Assembly: GCA_018436725.1 (NCBI GenBank)
Contig: JAHDKT010000026.1
Span: 1-64,000, forward strand
Length of the DNA: 64,000 nt
Direction: 5' to 3'
Source: Synergistaceae bacterium
GTDB taxonomy: Bacteria > Synergistota > Synergistia > Synergistales > Aminobacteriaceae
Under the pieces are notes generated by a model. The model did not search any database. It was not told the DNA's origin and saw only the letters and a list, made by a program, of their open reading frames with translations. Shown piece after piece: positions 39,502 through 49,089 of this stretch; the stretch's first letter is position 1; each line of letters begins with the position of its first letter. The position numbers were made by a program, and so were the translations under genes.

Positions 39502-40095
39502 ATGAGTCTTGAATTCGACGAGAAGCTGTCGCATCTGGAGAAGCCGTCTCGGGCGGACGTGCCCGACGAGCATATGAAGATCTACGAGGAAAACGTGGCG
39601 TCCATGGAGAAAAACTGGGGGTTCATCAACAACCTCTTCAAGGTGCTCCCCCTCAATTCGTCCCAGTACATGGGCTTCCTCCATTTCAAGGCCTCTCTTT
39701 TCACCCCCGAGACCTGCTACCTGAGCAACGCCGACAAGGAGATGATCGGCCTGGTCGTTTCCTCCACCAACGGCTGCAACTACTGCCTGACCACCCACAG
39801 CGACTACCTCCGCGGCATGACGAACGACCCCGTGTGGGTCGACCAGCTCACCTACAACTACCGCGCGGCCAAGCTGACGGAAAAACAGCGCGCCCTCTGC
39901 GACTACGCCTATTTCGTCACCGCCTATCCCAGAGAGATCACCACGGAACAGGTGGACAAGCTCCGGGAGGCCGGCTTCAACGACCACGAGATTCTCGAGG
40001 CCGCCTACGTGGCGGGTTTTTTCAACTACACGAACCGCTGGGTGAGCACCATCGAGCCTCTGGCGAACCCGGGACACTACAGCCACAACCGCTGA
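39502..40095 (+). CDS. carboxymuconolactone decarboxylase-family / peroxidase-related (AhpD-like) protein
   Basis: 197 aa. Tandem CMD-like helical repeats with CxxC-like NGCNYCLTTH motif. Confidence 0.7.
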   Translation: MSLEFDEKLSHLEKPSRADVPDEHMKIYEENVASMEKNWGFINNLFKVLPLNSSQYMGFLHFKASLFTPETCYLSNADKEMIGLVVSSTNGCNYCLTTHSDYLRGMTNDPVWVDQLTYNYRAAKLTEKQRALCDYAYFVTAYPREITTEQVDKLREAGFNDHEILEAAYVAGFFNYTNRWVSTIEPLANPGHYSHNR

Positions 40096-40107
40096 CGGGC
40101 GGACATC

Positions 40108-42051
40108 ATGGAGTACAAACGCCTGTTTGAAAAGGGAAGAATCGGCAATCTGACACTCCGGAACCGCAGCGTCATGAGCCCCATGGCGACCGATTTCGCC
40201 GACCACGACGGAACCGTCTCCATGAAGCTGCTCCGGTACTACCAGGAGCGCGCCAGAGGCGGCATCGGCCTGATCATCAACGAGTACACCGGAGTGGACC
40301 ACGTGGACAGCGTTCCGTCGCCCCATAACCTTCGCGCGTCGGCCGACTGGCACATCGCGGGGCTGGAAAGCCTCGTGGATGCCGTGCACGCCTACGGGGC
40401 GCTCATCTTCGCCCAGATTCACCACGGCGGCTCCACGTCGAAGCCCGCGCTGAGCGGCAGGCAGTCGCTGAGCGCGAGCGACGTGCCCGCCGCCCCCGGA
40501 GCGCCCGCGCCCAGGGCCATGACCATCGAGGAGATCAAGGCGGTTCAAAAAAAATTCACGGACGCCGCCGTGCGCTGCAAAAAGGCGGGGTACGACGGCG
40601 TAGAGCTTCACGGCGCCCACTCCTATCTCATCGGGCAGTTCTTCAGCCCGTACTACAACAAGCGAACCGACGAGTACGGCGGCGGCTTCGAAAACCGCAT
40701 GCGGTTCACGGGAGAGATCATCGACGGCATCCGGGCCGCCCTCGGCAGCGGATTTCCCCTTTCGGTGAGGATAAGCGGCGACGAGATGACGCCCGGGGTT
40801 CCCGGCGCCCTGACCCTCGAGGACGGACTTCGGATAGGGAAATACCTGGAAGAGAAGGGAATCGACGTCCTGAACGTGAGCAACGGAAGCGCGCTCAACG
40901 GCAACGCGAACTGCGACCCCTACTCCTACGCGCCGGGCTGGAAGAAGCATGTGGCGAAGGCCTTCAAGCAGGCCCTGAAGATTCCCATAATCGCGACGAA
41001 CACCATCAAGGATCCCGCCTTCGCCGAATCGCTTCTCGAAGAAGGGGTGTGCGACTTCGTGGGCCTCGGTCGCTCGCAGTTCGCCGATCCCGACTTCATG
41101 AAGAAGGCGAAGGAGGGGCGGGAGGACGAAATCCGCCAGTGCATCGGCTGCATGGTCTGTCGGGAGCGCCTTCTGGCGAAGGGGCAGACGGCGGTGTGCG
41201 CCGTCAATCCGCGCATGGGGCGGGAGTATCTTTATCCCGACTACCCGAGGAACGGCTCGGGGAGGACGGTCTGCGTCGCCGGCGGAGGACCGGGAGGCAT
41301 GGAGGCGGCCAGGGTGCTGGCAGAACGGGGATTCGCCGTGACGCTGATCGAGAAGCGTCCGGACCTCGGGGGCGCCCTCCTCCTGGCGGACAAACCGCCC
41401 CACAAGGAGCTGATCACCCGTCTCATACGCACGATGAAAAGAGAACTCGAAGTTCTGGGGGTGAACGTGGTCTGCGGAACGGAGGCCACTCCCGAACGTG
41501 TGAAAAAGTATGCGCCCGAGGCCGTCTTCATCGCCACTGGCGCGGTTCCACTGATCCCGAAGATTCCGGGAGTCGATCTCCCGAACGTGTGCACCGCAGA
41601 CGACGTGGTGGAGGGAAAGGCGCGCCCCGCAGGGCGCGTGGCTGTGATCGGCACCGGAATGACGGGGCTCGAGACCGCCGAGATGCTCGGAGCGGCGGGG
41701 TGCGATCTGCTGCTCGTGGAGATGCTCCCCGATATCGGGCCGGGAATCTTCCCCGTGATCAGGAACGATATTCTGGGCCGCGTCATGGCCATGAAGCCCG
41801 AGGTATACGCCGGACACAAGCTCGTGGAAATCCTTCCCGACGGCATCCGCATGACCCGCGCCGACGGCGCGGTCGTGGAGGCCGATATCGACGCCGTGGT
41901 GCTCTCCCTCGGCATCCGCCCGACCAGGAACGTCGTGGAAGCGTTCGAGGCGGCGTTCGAGCGCGTTATCCCCGTGGCGGACGCCGCCACGCCCGGCAGA
42001 ATCTACGAGGCCACGAAGGACGCCTTCGACAAGGCGTATCATTTCGAGTAA
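40108..42051 (+). CDS. Old-Yellow-Enzyme-family FMN oxidoreductase fused to FAD/NAD(P)-binding domain (2-enoate reductase / 2,4-dienoyl-CoA-reductase-like)
   Basis: 647 aa. N-terminal OYE TIM barrel (HGAHSYLIGQFFSP). 4Fe-4S Cys cluster (CIGCMVCRE...C). C-terminal GGGPGG dinucleotide-binding domain. Confidence 0.85.
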   Translation: MEYKRLFEKGRIGNLTLRNRSVMSPMATDFADHDGTVSMKLLRYYQERARGGIGLIINEYTGVDHVDSVPSPHNLRASADWHIAGLESLVDAVHAYGALIFAQIHHGGSTSKPALSGRQSLSASDVPAAPGAPAPRAMTIEEIKAVQKKFTDAAVRCKKAGYDGVELHGAHSYLIGQFFSPYYNKRTDEYGGGFENRMRFTGEIIDGIRAALGSGFPLSVRISGDEMTPGVPGALTLEDGLRIGKYLEEKGIDVLNVSNGSALNGNANCDPYSYAPGWKKHVAKAFKQALKIPIIATNTIKDPAFAESLLEEGVCDFVGLGRSQFADPDFMKKAKEGREDEIRQCIGCMVCRERLLAKGQTAVCAVNPRMGREYLYPDYPRNGSGRTVCVAGGGPGGMEAARVLAERGFAVTLIEKRPDLGGALLLADKPPHKELITRLIRTMKRELEVLGVNVVCGTEATPERVKKYAPEAVFIATGAVPLIPKIPGVDLPNVCTADDVVEGKARPAGRVAVIGTGMTGLETAEMLGAAGCDLLLVEMLPDIGPGIFPVIRNDILGRVMAMKPEVYAGHKLVEILPDGIRMTRADGAVVEADIDAVVLSLGIRPTRNVVEAFEAAFERVIPVADAATPGRIYEATKDAFDKAYHFE

Positions 42052-42093
42052 GCGGGAATTCCCCCGCCTGATAGCAAAGCAACGATCAACAAT

Positions 42094-42399
42094 ATGGACG
42101 CCGAGGGGAACGCCCATTACCCGGGGTGGGATCTCGAAACGGTGAAATGGCTGTGCGCGGAGCGGAGCATCGGCTCCATCGGCCACGAAACGCCGGACAC
42201 GAACCCCGCCTGCCGACAGCGCGACATCGGCTTCGCCGCCGAGGACTACATCCTCCGGCAGGACAAAACCCAGGTCGAGCTGCTGTGCAACCTCGACAAA
42301 GTACCGCCCGCAGGAGCGATCATCTTCTGCATGTTCCCCAAACTGAAGGGCGGCACGGGCTTCCCGGCCAGATGCTTCGCCGTCTGCCCGGCTGAATGA
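42094..42399 (+). pseudogene. C-terminal fragment of a cyclase-family (kynurenine-formamidase-like) protein
   Basis: The 101-aa ORF corresponds to only the last third of cyclase proteins (..IGSIGHETPDT......PKLKGGTGFPARCFAV). The N-terminal His-rich metal site is missing. The upstream gene ends 42 nt before. Confidence 0.45.
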
Positions 42400-42449
42400 T
42401 CCTCTACGGTGCGGGGCGCTTCTCCTCCGTGCCGACCGCAAAAAAACAG

Positions 42450-42492
42450 GGGCGCTCCCGCTTGCGACGGAACGCCCCTGTTCATTGAACAC
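42450..42492 (-). terminator. intrinsic terminator downstream of the SLH/OmpM-like gene
   Basis: aaaaaaacaggggcg...cgcccctgtt. GC stem followed by TTTTTTT on the minus strand. Confidence 0.55.
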
Positions 42493-42514
42493 CGAAACGT
42501 TTTTCTACCTCGAG

Positions 42515-43987
42515 TTAAAAAGATATGGATGTACGCAGCCGAATCATATGGTCGTCCTTCTGTGTCCATAAAGCGGCATTATCGAATTCGATCTTGTCGT
42601 ACAACAACTCGAACTGCAGGGAGGGCGAGTATAAATAACGAACGCCCAACATCCAGTTCGTGTGGTCCGCCATACCGTCTGCGGAAACGTCGTATTTCAC
42701 GTCGAGATAACGGAAAAAAGTAACCCATCGCTCGGACCACTCCTGTTCCGCAGCGATCAAAAGATAGTTCATCCCGTTGTTTCGCGTAGGATCGTCGATG
42801 CCGAAAGCAGGACTCGCCGCTGAGTCTTCCGCGATTTGCTCAGCGTAGGCGAGGCCGTTGATATGCGTCATGAACGTAGGATCGAGCTTGGCATACTCGA
42901 TCCACAAGCTCGAGTACTTCAACGTATCCCGCCCGATATCGAGAATCGCCTTGTACGCCTTGGGGGAGTCGTCCAGTCCGTTGTTCGCGGCCGCCCAATC
43001 ATACTTGTTCGCCGCGTACATACCACGCAATGCAATATCCGGGGTGAAATTCACTCCGAAGTCGATCCAGTATGATTGTACTTTTTCCAGTTCCGCATTG
43101 GAACCAAGCTTGAACTCCTTTACGAGTCCGTTGACGCTCATAGAAAGTTCTTCGTTGAAATCCAACCGCATTCGCGCACCGTAGATATCCTGTTCGCCTT
43201 CTTCGCTAGGATCGTCGTAATGCCCCCACAAAAGCGCGAACGCTCCCATTCCGAACTGCTTGTCGAACACCATGCCTTCGATGTTGTCGTTAAGAAACCA
43301 CGCATCGTCGCCATAGGCGTCGTTATACAGGCCTTCTTCCCAAACGATGCCATCCGTACGACCGAACTTGGCTGTAATCTCCCAAGGAAAATTCACGGTG
43401 ATGAAATTCTCTTTCCAATAAAGTCCTGATGAATTTCTTCTGGCAAGAAGGGCGCTGTAGGTTACTTTTTCGTCGATGCGCCGTACCAATTGAATCCAAT
43501 TGTCGTCGAAGCGCATAGAAAGGTCTTGTTTACCTTCTTCCGTATACGAACCGCCCTCGAGGTCGGCCCATTTCCAGTCCATTCGGAAAGAACCGCTGAT
43601 CGACCAACCCCCTAATTTTTCTTCGAGAACGGCAAGACGTCCGTCCACTTTATTCACCTTTACACCGAGCGCATCAAGCTCGTCCTTGAACTCGACGACC
43701 AGCCTTTTCAGCATTTCGACATCCTGTCGATCCGCTTTTTCCGCATCCATCGCAGCGAGAACCCTGGCCGTCGCGGAAGCGGCCTCATAACGAGTCATCG
43801 GTTGAGCGCCCTTATAGGTTCCATCGGGATAACCGGACAAAAATCCCTTTGCCGCAAGCTGGGCAATGGAGTCGTAAGCCCAATGCCCGTTCGGTACATC
43901 CATAAAAGGATTGGTTGCCGCGAGAGAAGGAAAGGAGAAAAACACGACGCTTAAAAATATCGCACCGAAGAGAAATCTCTTATTCAT
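42515..43987 (-). CDS. S-layer-homology (SLH) domain outer-membrane protein, OmpM-like porin
   Basis: Start at MNKRFLFGAIFL (signal peptide). N-terminal SLH motif (FMDVPNGHWAYDSIAQLAAKGFLSGYPDGTYKG), coiled-coil linker, then roughly 350-aa beta-barrel-like region with alternating aromatic residues. Lower-GC. Confidence 0.8.
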   Translation of the reverse strand: MNKRFLFGAIFLSVVFFSFPSLAATNPFMDVPNGHWAYDSIAQLAAKGFLSGYPDGTYKGAQPMTRYEAASATARVLAAMDAEKADRQDVEMLKRLVVEFKDELDALGVKVNKVDGRLAVLEEKLGGWSISGSFRMDWKWADLEGGSYTEEGKQDLSMRFDDNWIQLVRRIDEKVTYSALLARRNSSGLYWKENFITVNFPWEITAKFGRTDGIVWEEGLYNDAYGDDAWFLNDNIEGMVFDKQFGMGAFALLWGHYDDPSEEGEQDIYGARMRLDFNEELSMSVNGLVKEFKLGSNAELEKVQSYWIDFGVNFTPDIALRGMYAANKYDWAAANNGLDDSPKAYKAILDIGRDTLKYSSLWIEYAKLDPTFMTHINGLAYAEQIAEDSAASPAFGIDDPTRNNGMNYLLIAAEQEWSERWVTFFRYLDVKYDVSADGMADHTNWMLGVRYLYSPSLQFELLYDKIEFDNAALWTQKDDHMIRLRTSISF

Positions 43988-44150
43988 CGATTTTCCATCT
44001 TCTTTCTTGAAATAATCTTTAATGTTTACAAACCAACCATACGCCACGCCTCGAATCGCAGGAGACGTATCCCGTGCGCGGCAGAATTCCCCAAGGAATA
44101 CCCCCCTTCGCCCTTTTCAACTACGCGTCATCCAAACATGTACATTTTGC

Positions 44151-44208
44151 TGGTATTCTGCGCGCCGGTTAGTTAGATAAATCTAACTAACCGGCGCGCA
44201 GAATACCA
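44151..44208. repeat. perfect 58-nt palindrome (28-nt arms, 2-nt centre)
   Basis: tggtattctgcgcgccggttagttagat aa atctaactaaccggcgcgcagaatacca, exact reverse complement arms. Confidence 0.9.
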
Positions 44209-44232
44209 CAACTTTTGCCATCCGTCAATCAT

Positions 44233-44603
44233 TTCTTATCAGGGCGCTGGGACAGCGGATCGGCCCCACCGCGAGCAGCACGACCCTGCACCTCTCCGGG
44301 TTGCTGCTCTCGCTGTTTCTGCTCTGGTGCGGAGGGGGAGAACGGATTCAGGAGTGGTATACGGCGCCGTGGTACATGCTTGCCGCAGGATGCCTGGGGG
44401 TGGCGCTGTTCCGGACGATCAACGTGACGCTCCCCTGTCTGGGCGCGACGGCCATGGTGACCCTGATCATCGTCGGGCAGCTGTTGACGGGCGTCCTGAT
44501 CGACGCGCAGGGGTGGCTGGGGACGGCGGCGCGACCGTTCGACATGTTCAGGGCGGCGGGCGTGCTTCTGTTGCTCGCCGGAGGCTGGCTGATCGTCCGG
44601 TAG
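44233..44603 (+). pseudogene. 5'-truncated paralog of the DMT membrane-protein gene at 25521-25958
   Basis: Alignable from codon about 26 onward (QRIGPTASS...GGWLIVR). Identical C-terminus. No start codon or RBS at the truncation point. Confidence 0.6.
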
Positions 44604-44664
44604 AATTTTTTCGGCAGCGTTTATAACGAGACATCAAGAGGTATAGAACAAAGGAGATGGTACG

Positions 44665-45300
44665 ATGGCGGACTTTCGCGCTTCGGCGCAGCGGCTTCAT
44701 CAGCGGATAACAACATGGCGGCGGGATCTGCACGGGATTCCCGAGACGGGAGTGGACACCCCGCAGACGGAGGCGTATATCTGCGCCGAGCTGGACAAAA
44801 TAGGCGTCTCCTACCGCAAGGGGCTCGGCAAACACGGCGTCGTCGCGCTCGTCGAGGGAAAGCATAAAAACAGGGTCTTCGCGATCCGCGCGGACATGGA
44901 CGGCCTTCCCATCAAGGAAGAGACGGGGCTTCCCTTCGCCTCGCAGAACGGTTGCATGCACGCATGCGGGCACGATGCGCACGCGGCGATGGGACTGGCC
45001 TCGGTGAAGCTGCTGCACGACGTCCGGGAGAAGATCGAGGGCTCGGTGCTCGTCGTCTTCCAGCCCGGCGAAGAGGGGTGCACCGACGGCCCCGGCGGAG
45101 CGAAGCGGATGCTCGACGACGGCGCGTTCGACGATCCGAAACCGGACGCGATGGTCGGCCTGCATACCGGCTGCAACGAGGCGAAGGGACAGACGTGGCC
45201 GCACCACAACAGCCGCTTCGACATCGACGAGGACGTCCTCTGGATCGGACCGGCCGTCATGGCGACGATGGCCTTCGACTGGCTGAAGAAACAGGCGTGA
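44665..45300 (+). pseudogene. internally deleted paralog of the M20D amidohydrolase gene at 27777-28982
   Basis: 211 aa versus 401 aa. Colinear through ...DAMVGLHTG, then jumps in-frame to CNEAKGQTWPHHNSRFDIDEDVLWIGPAVMATMA. The deletion removes the lid domain and one metal ligand region. Confidence 0.65.
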
Positions 45301-45428
45301 CGGTTTTCCGGAAAGAGTCGTGCGCTTTTCGAGCGTCCACACTGGAATGAAAGAAGCCGGGAACCACCCCCTCGCGGACTCTCGGCTTCTTTTTTCAACG
45401 TTCTTTCAAGCCTTGCAACGAAGGCGGT

Positions 45429-46688
45429 CTAGTTGCGCCCCCCTTTCGCGCGCACGCAGAGAAGAGGAAGAAGCGCCAACAGGAAGAACGCCGGGAAACC
45501 CGCGCTGTTGCAGCCGCCTCCCGAGTCGCCCGGAGCCGGATTGACCGGCGCGTCGACGACCACGAAGGAGTAGAAGTTGCCTCCGAGCGCGGCCGGGCCG
45601 AACTCCCACGACTCCGCTCCCTTGTAGGCCATCAGGCGAGTCCCCGCGGCGAACCAGAGAATGCCGTCCACATTGTCGTACTCCATGCGCCACGTAAATC
45701 CTGGACCGCTTGGATCTCTGTACACTTCGCCGACGTTTCCCGCGGCGAGTCCCTGGAGCGTCGTCTTGAAAATCCGGCTGTCGAACTGCGACCACGTCGC
45801 GTCGTAGGCTCCGGCGAAGACATAGACGTCGCCGTTCGCGGCGAAGGCCAGATCGCGGAAGTCGTACCCCCAGGCGTCGGGGAGAGCCGCCGCGGAAGCG
45901 TCGCTGGCCTTAAGGAGCGTCTCCACGGCGAGCGTGTTCGGGTGCACCCTCTGTATCATGGAGTCCGGGTTGAAGTCCCCGCCCTTTTGCATGCCGCCGT
46001 TGCCGACGACGTAGAGCATGCCGTTGTACGCCTTGATCGAGAGGGCGTTCTTGCCGACGTTCGCCGTAGCCATTACATTCAAGTCTCCGTCCAGCTTCAC
46101 GACTTTTCCGTCGGCGTATTCGAGCGAACTCCAATCGCCCTTCACCTCGTTGAAAAGAGCGAACAGGTAGTCGCCGACCCGCACGATCCCCTCGCCGTGG
46201 ACGTCGTACCCCGCGGTTCCGCTGAATGCGAACGAGGAGACCTCGCCGTATTCGTCGCTCCGCGTATCGATTTTCGAGACCTTCGCATTGTCGTAATCCA
46301 CGACGTACAGATACCGCCCCATCGCCGCCGCTCCGCGGCTGTTCGAAAACGAACGCCACCGCGCCTCTTTCAACGGCGCCCGATATTCTCCGCGCGCGTC
46401 GTATATCCAGACCGTGTCGGACTGTCCGCGCGCGTACTGGGCGAGGAGAACGCGCAGAGCGTTCTCCTCGTTCCTGAATCCGTAGACCTGATGATCCCCT
46501 CCGAGATTCGTCACGACGTTCTTCACCGGCGTTCCGGGAACGCCCGAAGCCGACACCGGAACTCGCCCCATGCTCCCCGAGGCGTACGTATCGTCCACCA
46601 CGGTGTAGACGACGCTCCCCCATGCGGCGATCGGGACCAGCAACACCGCGAGCAGCGTAATGAGCGCGCACCATCTTCTTTTCACCAT
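45429..46688 (-). CDS. secreted beta-rich protein with Synerg-CTERM-like C-terminal sorting tail (possible B12-capture protein)
   Basis: Signal peptide. Repeated blade-like segments (YVVDYDN, LYVVGNGG, DVYVFAG). C-terminal DSGGGCNSAGFPAFFLLALLPLLCVRAKGGRN resembles the GGGC-hydrophobic-basic tripartite Synergist-CTERM motif. Immediately downstream of btuB. Confidence 0.55.
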   Translation of the reverse strand: MVKRRWCALITLLAVLLVPIAAWGSVVYTVVDDTYASGSMGRVPVSASGVPGTPVKNVVTNLGGDHQVYGFRNEENALRVLLAQYARGQSDTVWIYDARGEYRAPLKEARWRSFSNSRGAAAMGRYLYVVDYDNAKVSKIDTRSDEYGEVSSFAFSGTAGYDVHGEGIVRVGDYLFALFNEVKGDWSSLEYADGKVVKLDGDLNVMATANVGKNALSIKAYNGMLYVVGNGGMQKGGDFNPDSMIQRVHPNTLAVETLLKASDASAAALPDAWGYDFRDLAFAANGDVYVFAGAYDATWSQFDSRIFKTTLQGLAAGNVGEVYRDPSGPGFTWRMEYDNVDGILWFAAGTRLMAYKGAESWEFGPAALGGNFYSFVVVDAPVNPAPGDSGGGCNSAGFPAFFLLALLPLLCVRAKGGRN

Positions 46689-46775
46689 TTTCCAACCCCT
46701 CCGTTTCAGGATTCATTCATCTCCATCGCCCTTTGCCGCGTTGTTTTTCCGTCGTTGCTCGCCTCCTTGTCTCCG

Positions 46776-48758
46776 TCAGAAGTTCCAGTGGAGCGTGAGA
46801 TACAACGTCCTCCCCCGAAGCGGGTAGTAAAGCGTTCGATCCGGTCCGGAGCCTCCTCCGAGACGCAGCGTTTCCGGCCCTCGGTCGAAGAGATCGTCCA
46901 CTCCCGCGACGACGCGGAGTCCGTCGGCAAGGTCGTACTTCCCTCCGACGCCTACGGTGAAAAGATTGCCCGACCGGATTGTTTCGGCGCTGTCGAAGTA
47001 CATCTCCCCGATATAGCGAAGCTCCGTAAAGAGGCTGCCCCTCCCGTCGGAGAGCGTTCTGGAAAGCCTGAGCAGCCCCTCCCATTCCGGACGATTGGGA
47101 AGGCGCTTCCCCTGCCTGTAGTCGCCGGGCGTCTCGTTCACCGCGTCCATCCAAGTGCACGAGGCGAAAAGTCCCCACGCTCCCCGTTCGATGGTCGACT
47201 CCAGCTCGACGCCCCGCACGCGCGCCTCGCCGACGTTCTGGTACACGCCGTAGCGGGGGCTCGTCATCACGAATTCGATCAGGTCGTTCGAACGTCTGGC
47301 GAAGAACGTCGCGCCGGCCGCGACGAGAAGATCGCCGACCGCGCCGCGCCACCGGACGCCGACATCCGCCTGGGTTCCGTCCTCCCATAACAGATCGGGG
47401 GCCGGTCGGATGCCCGCGCCGTCTCCGTAGCGCTCGTAGATGTTCGGCGCCCGGTTGTACGAACCGAAAGAGGCGCGCCAGCTCCAGCCGTTTTTCAGCT
47501 CGCGGATCACCCCGGCCCCCCATGAGAACTTGCCCTCTCCGTCGAGAACGTTCCAGCGAAGCACGGGCGTCAGCAGAAAATTCCCGGTTCCGTCGAGAGC
47601 GATCATATCCTGCAGGTGAATGTTCAGGCTCTCCTGCGCGAACGAATCCAGTCCGCCCAGCCCCTGGACGACATCGCCGCGCACGTCGAGCGTCTCGCGG
47701 GAGTAGTCGAGCAGCAGCTCCGCGAAGTGAGACTCCCCGATCGCAAGGGAAGCGTCCACGGCGAATCCCGCGCGCTGGGCGCGATACTCGTTATGCCGCT
47801 CCCCCCGGCCGCCGATCATGTCGTCCGGATCGTCGTACGTTTTCGTCTGCTCCAGCCACTCCGCCCTCCACCCCCACTCGACGTCTCCGGCGGTCTGCCT
47901 GCGCCCTACGGCGAGGCTCCACTGCCGTGTGTCCAGCTCTGCCCCGCAGGGCTCCTGCGCGCCGGGACGGTCGAAACCCGGAGCGGGAAGCGGCAGGGCC
48001 CGGTCGTCCTCTCTCCATGAAAACCGGGCGTGCCAGCTCTCGTCCTCCCACTTCATCAGCAGGTTCGTGCGCGAAAAGGAGTTGTTCCGCCGCTTCGCCT
48101 CGTAATCGTCCTCCGGCGTGTACGGAGTGTCGTTGTCGTTCCAGTATGAGAAATCTCCGTCGCTTCGTTCATGGGCGACGCCGAGGGAGAACGCGCCCCC
48201 GCCGAGCGGCCTGCTCCAGAAGAGTCCGCTCCGCGCTCCGCCGTAGGAGGAGACGCCGAGCGTCAGACTCGCTTCGGAGCCCTTCGGCTTCCTGGTGACG
48301 ATATTGATGACGCCGCCCATGGCCGCGCGGTTGAAACGAGAGGGAACGTACCCGCGATAGACCTCGATCCGCTCGACGTCGTCGACGGGAATCGCGGAGA
48401 GATCCACTGCGGATTCGCTCCCCAGATTCGCCAGCGTTCCGTCGATATAGACCGCCACCTGCGCCGACGTGCTTCCCCTGACGGAGGCCACGGTGTAGGC
48501 GCCGCGCCCTCGCGCCTCGACGACATGAAGGCCCGGAACGCGCTTCAGAAGATCGGGCAGACTCTTCTGCTCGCCCTGCATCTCCTCGGGACGCACCACC
48601 GTCACCGCCCCCGGAGAGAAGACCTCCTCCTCCAGCGGCGAGGCGACGACATGCTGCTCCGGCAAGAGCACCTCCGCCGCCGAGACCGGAGAAAGCGCCG
48701 CCGCGGCAAGGCAGAGAAAAAGCGCCCCCGCCCGCGTACACACTCTCATCGCGTTCAT
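46776..48758 (-). CDS. btuB: TonB-dependent outer-membrane receptor (cobalamin-type, BtuB-like)
   Basis: Start at MNAMRVCTRAG (signal peptide). TonB box region, plug and 22-strand barrel, C-terminal aromatic residue (..TLHWNF). Preceded by a cobalamin riboswitch. Confidence 0.8.
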   Translation of the reverse strand: MNAMRVCTRAGALFLCLAAAALSPVSAAEVLLPEQHVVASPLEEEVFSPGAVTVVRPEEMQGEQKSLPDLLKRVPGLHVVEARGRGAYTVASVRGSTSAQVAVYIDGTLANLGSESAVDLSAIPVDDVERIEVYRGYVPSRFNRAAMGGVINIVTRKPKGSEASLTLGVSSYGGARSGLFWSRPLGGGAFSLGVAHERSDGDFSYWNDNDTPYTPEDDYEAKRRNNSFSRTNLLMKWEDESWHARFSWREDDRALPLPAPGFDRPGAQEPCGAELDTRQWSLAVGRRQTAGDVEWGWRAEWLEQTKTYDDPDDMIGGRGERHNEYRAQRAGFAVDASLAIGESHFAELLLDYSRETLDVRGDVVQGLGGLDSFAQESLNIHLQDMIALDGTGNFLLTPVLRWNVLDGEGKFSWGAGVIRELKNGWSWRASFGSYNRAPNIYERYGDGAGIRPAPDLLWEDGTQADVGVRWRGAVGDLLVAAGATFFARRSNDLIEFVMTSPRYGVYQNVGEARVRGVELESTIERGAWGLFASCTWMDAVNETPGDYRQGKRLPNRPEWEGLLRLSRTLSDGRGSLFTELRYIGEMYFDSAETIRSGNLFTVGVGGKYDLADGLRVVAGVDDLFDRGPETLRLGGGSGPDRTLYYPLRGRTLYLTLHWNF

Positions 48759-48789
48759 ACGCACCACCCCTTTTTTCTTCCGAACATAG

Positions 48790-49045
48790 AAAAAAGGAGG
48801 AGACCGCCGGAATACGGTCCCCTCCTTCCGCAAGTACAGGCTTCCGGAAAAAGCGAAAAGACCGCCTCTCACCCGCGTGATCGACGAAAAAACAGGCTTT
48901 CGGCAGGTCTTCCGACTCTCGGTCATCCTACTCCCGCGTCTTCCCGCCCGAGGGCAGTGACGTCGTGCGGTTTCGTCCCGATTACGGCGGCGGGGCCGTT
49001 CCGGTTTCGCACCGGATTCCCTTCTCCGAAATCCTTCGATATTCG
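48790..49045 (-). ncRNA. cobalamin (B12) riboswitch with terminator expression platform, leader of btuB
   Basis: Minus-strand leader reads AGGGAATCCGGTGCGAAACCGGAACGGCCCCGCC...CGTCACTGCCCTCGGGCGGGAAG...GGAAGACCTGCCG. These parallel the E. coli btuB leader blocks (AGGGAATCCAGTGCGAATCTGG...ACACTGCCATTCGGTGGGAAG...GAAGACCTGCCG) and the B12-box. A ggagg(g)gaccg/cggtctcctcc hairpin plus TTTTTT follows at 48790-48830. Confidence 0.7.
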
Positions 49046-49089
49046 GTTGCGTTTCGCCGGGCTGCACGCTTTCCCCGGCCGTCCGGCGG

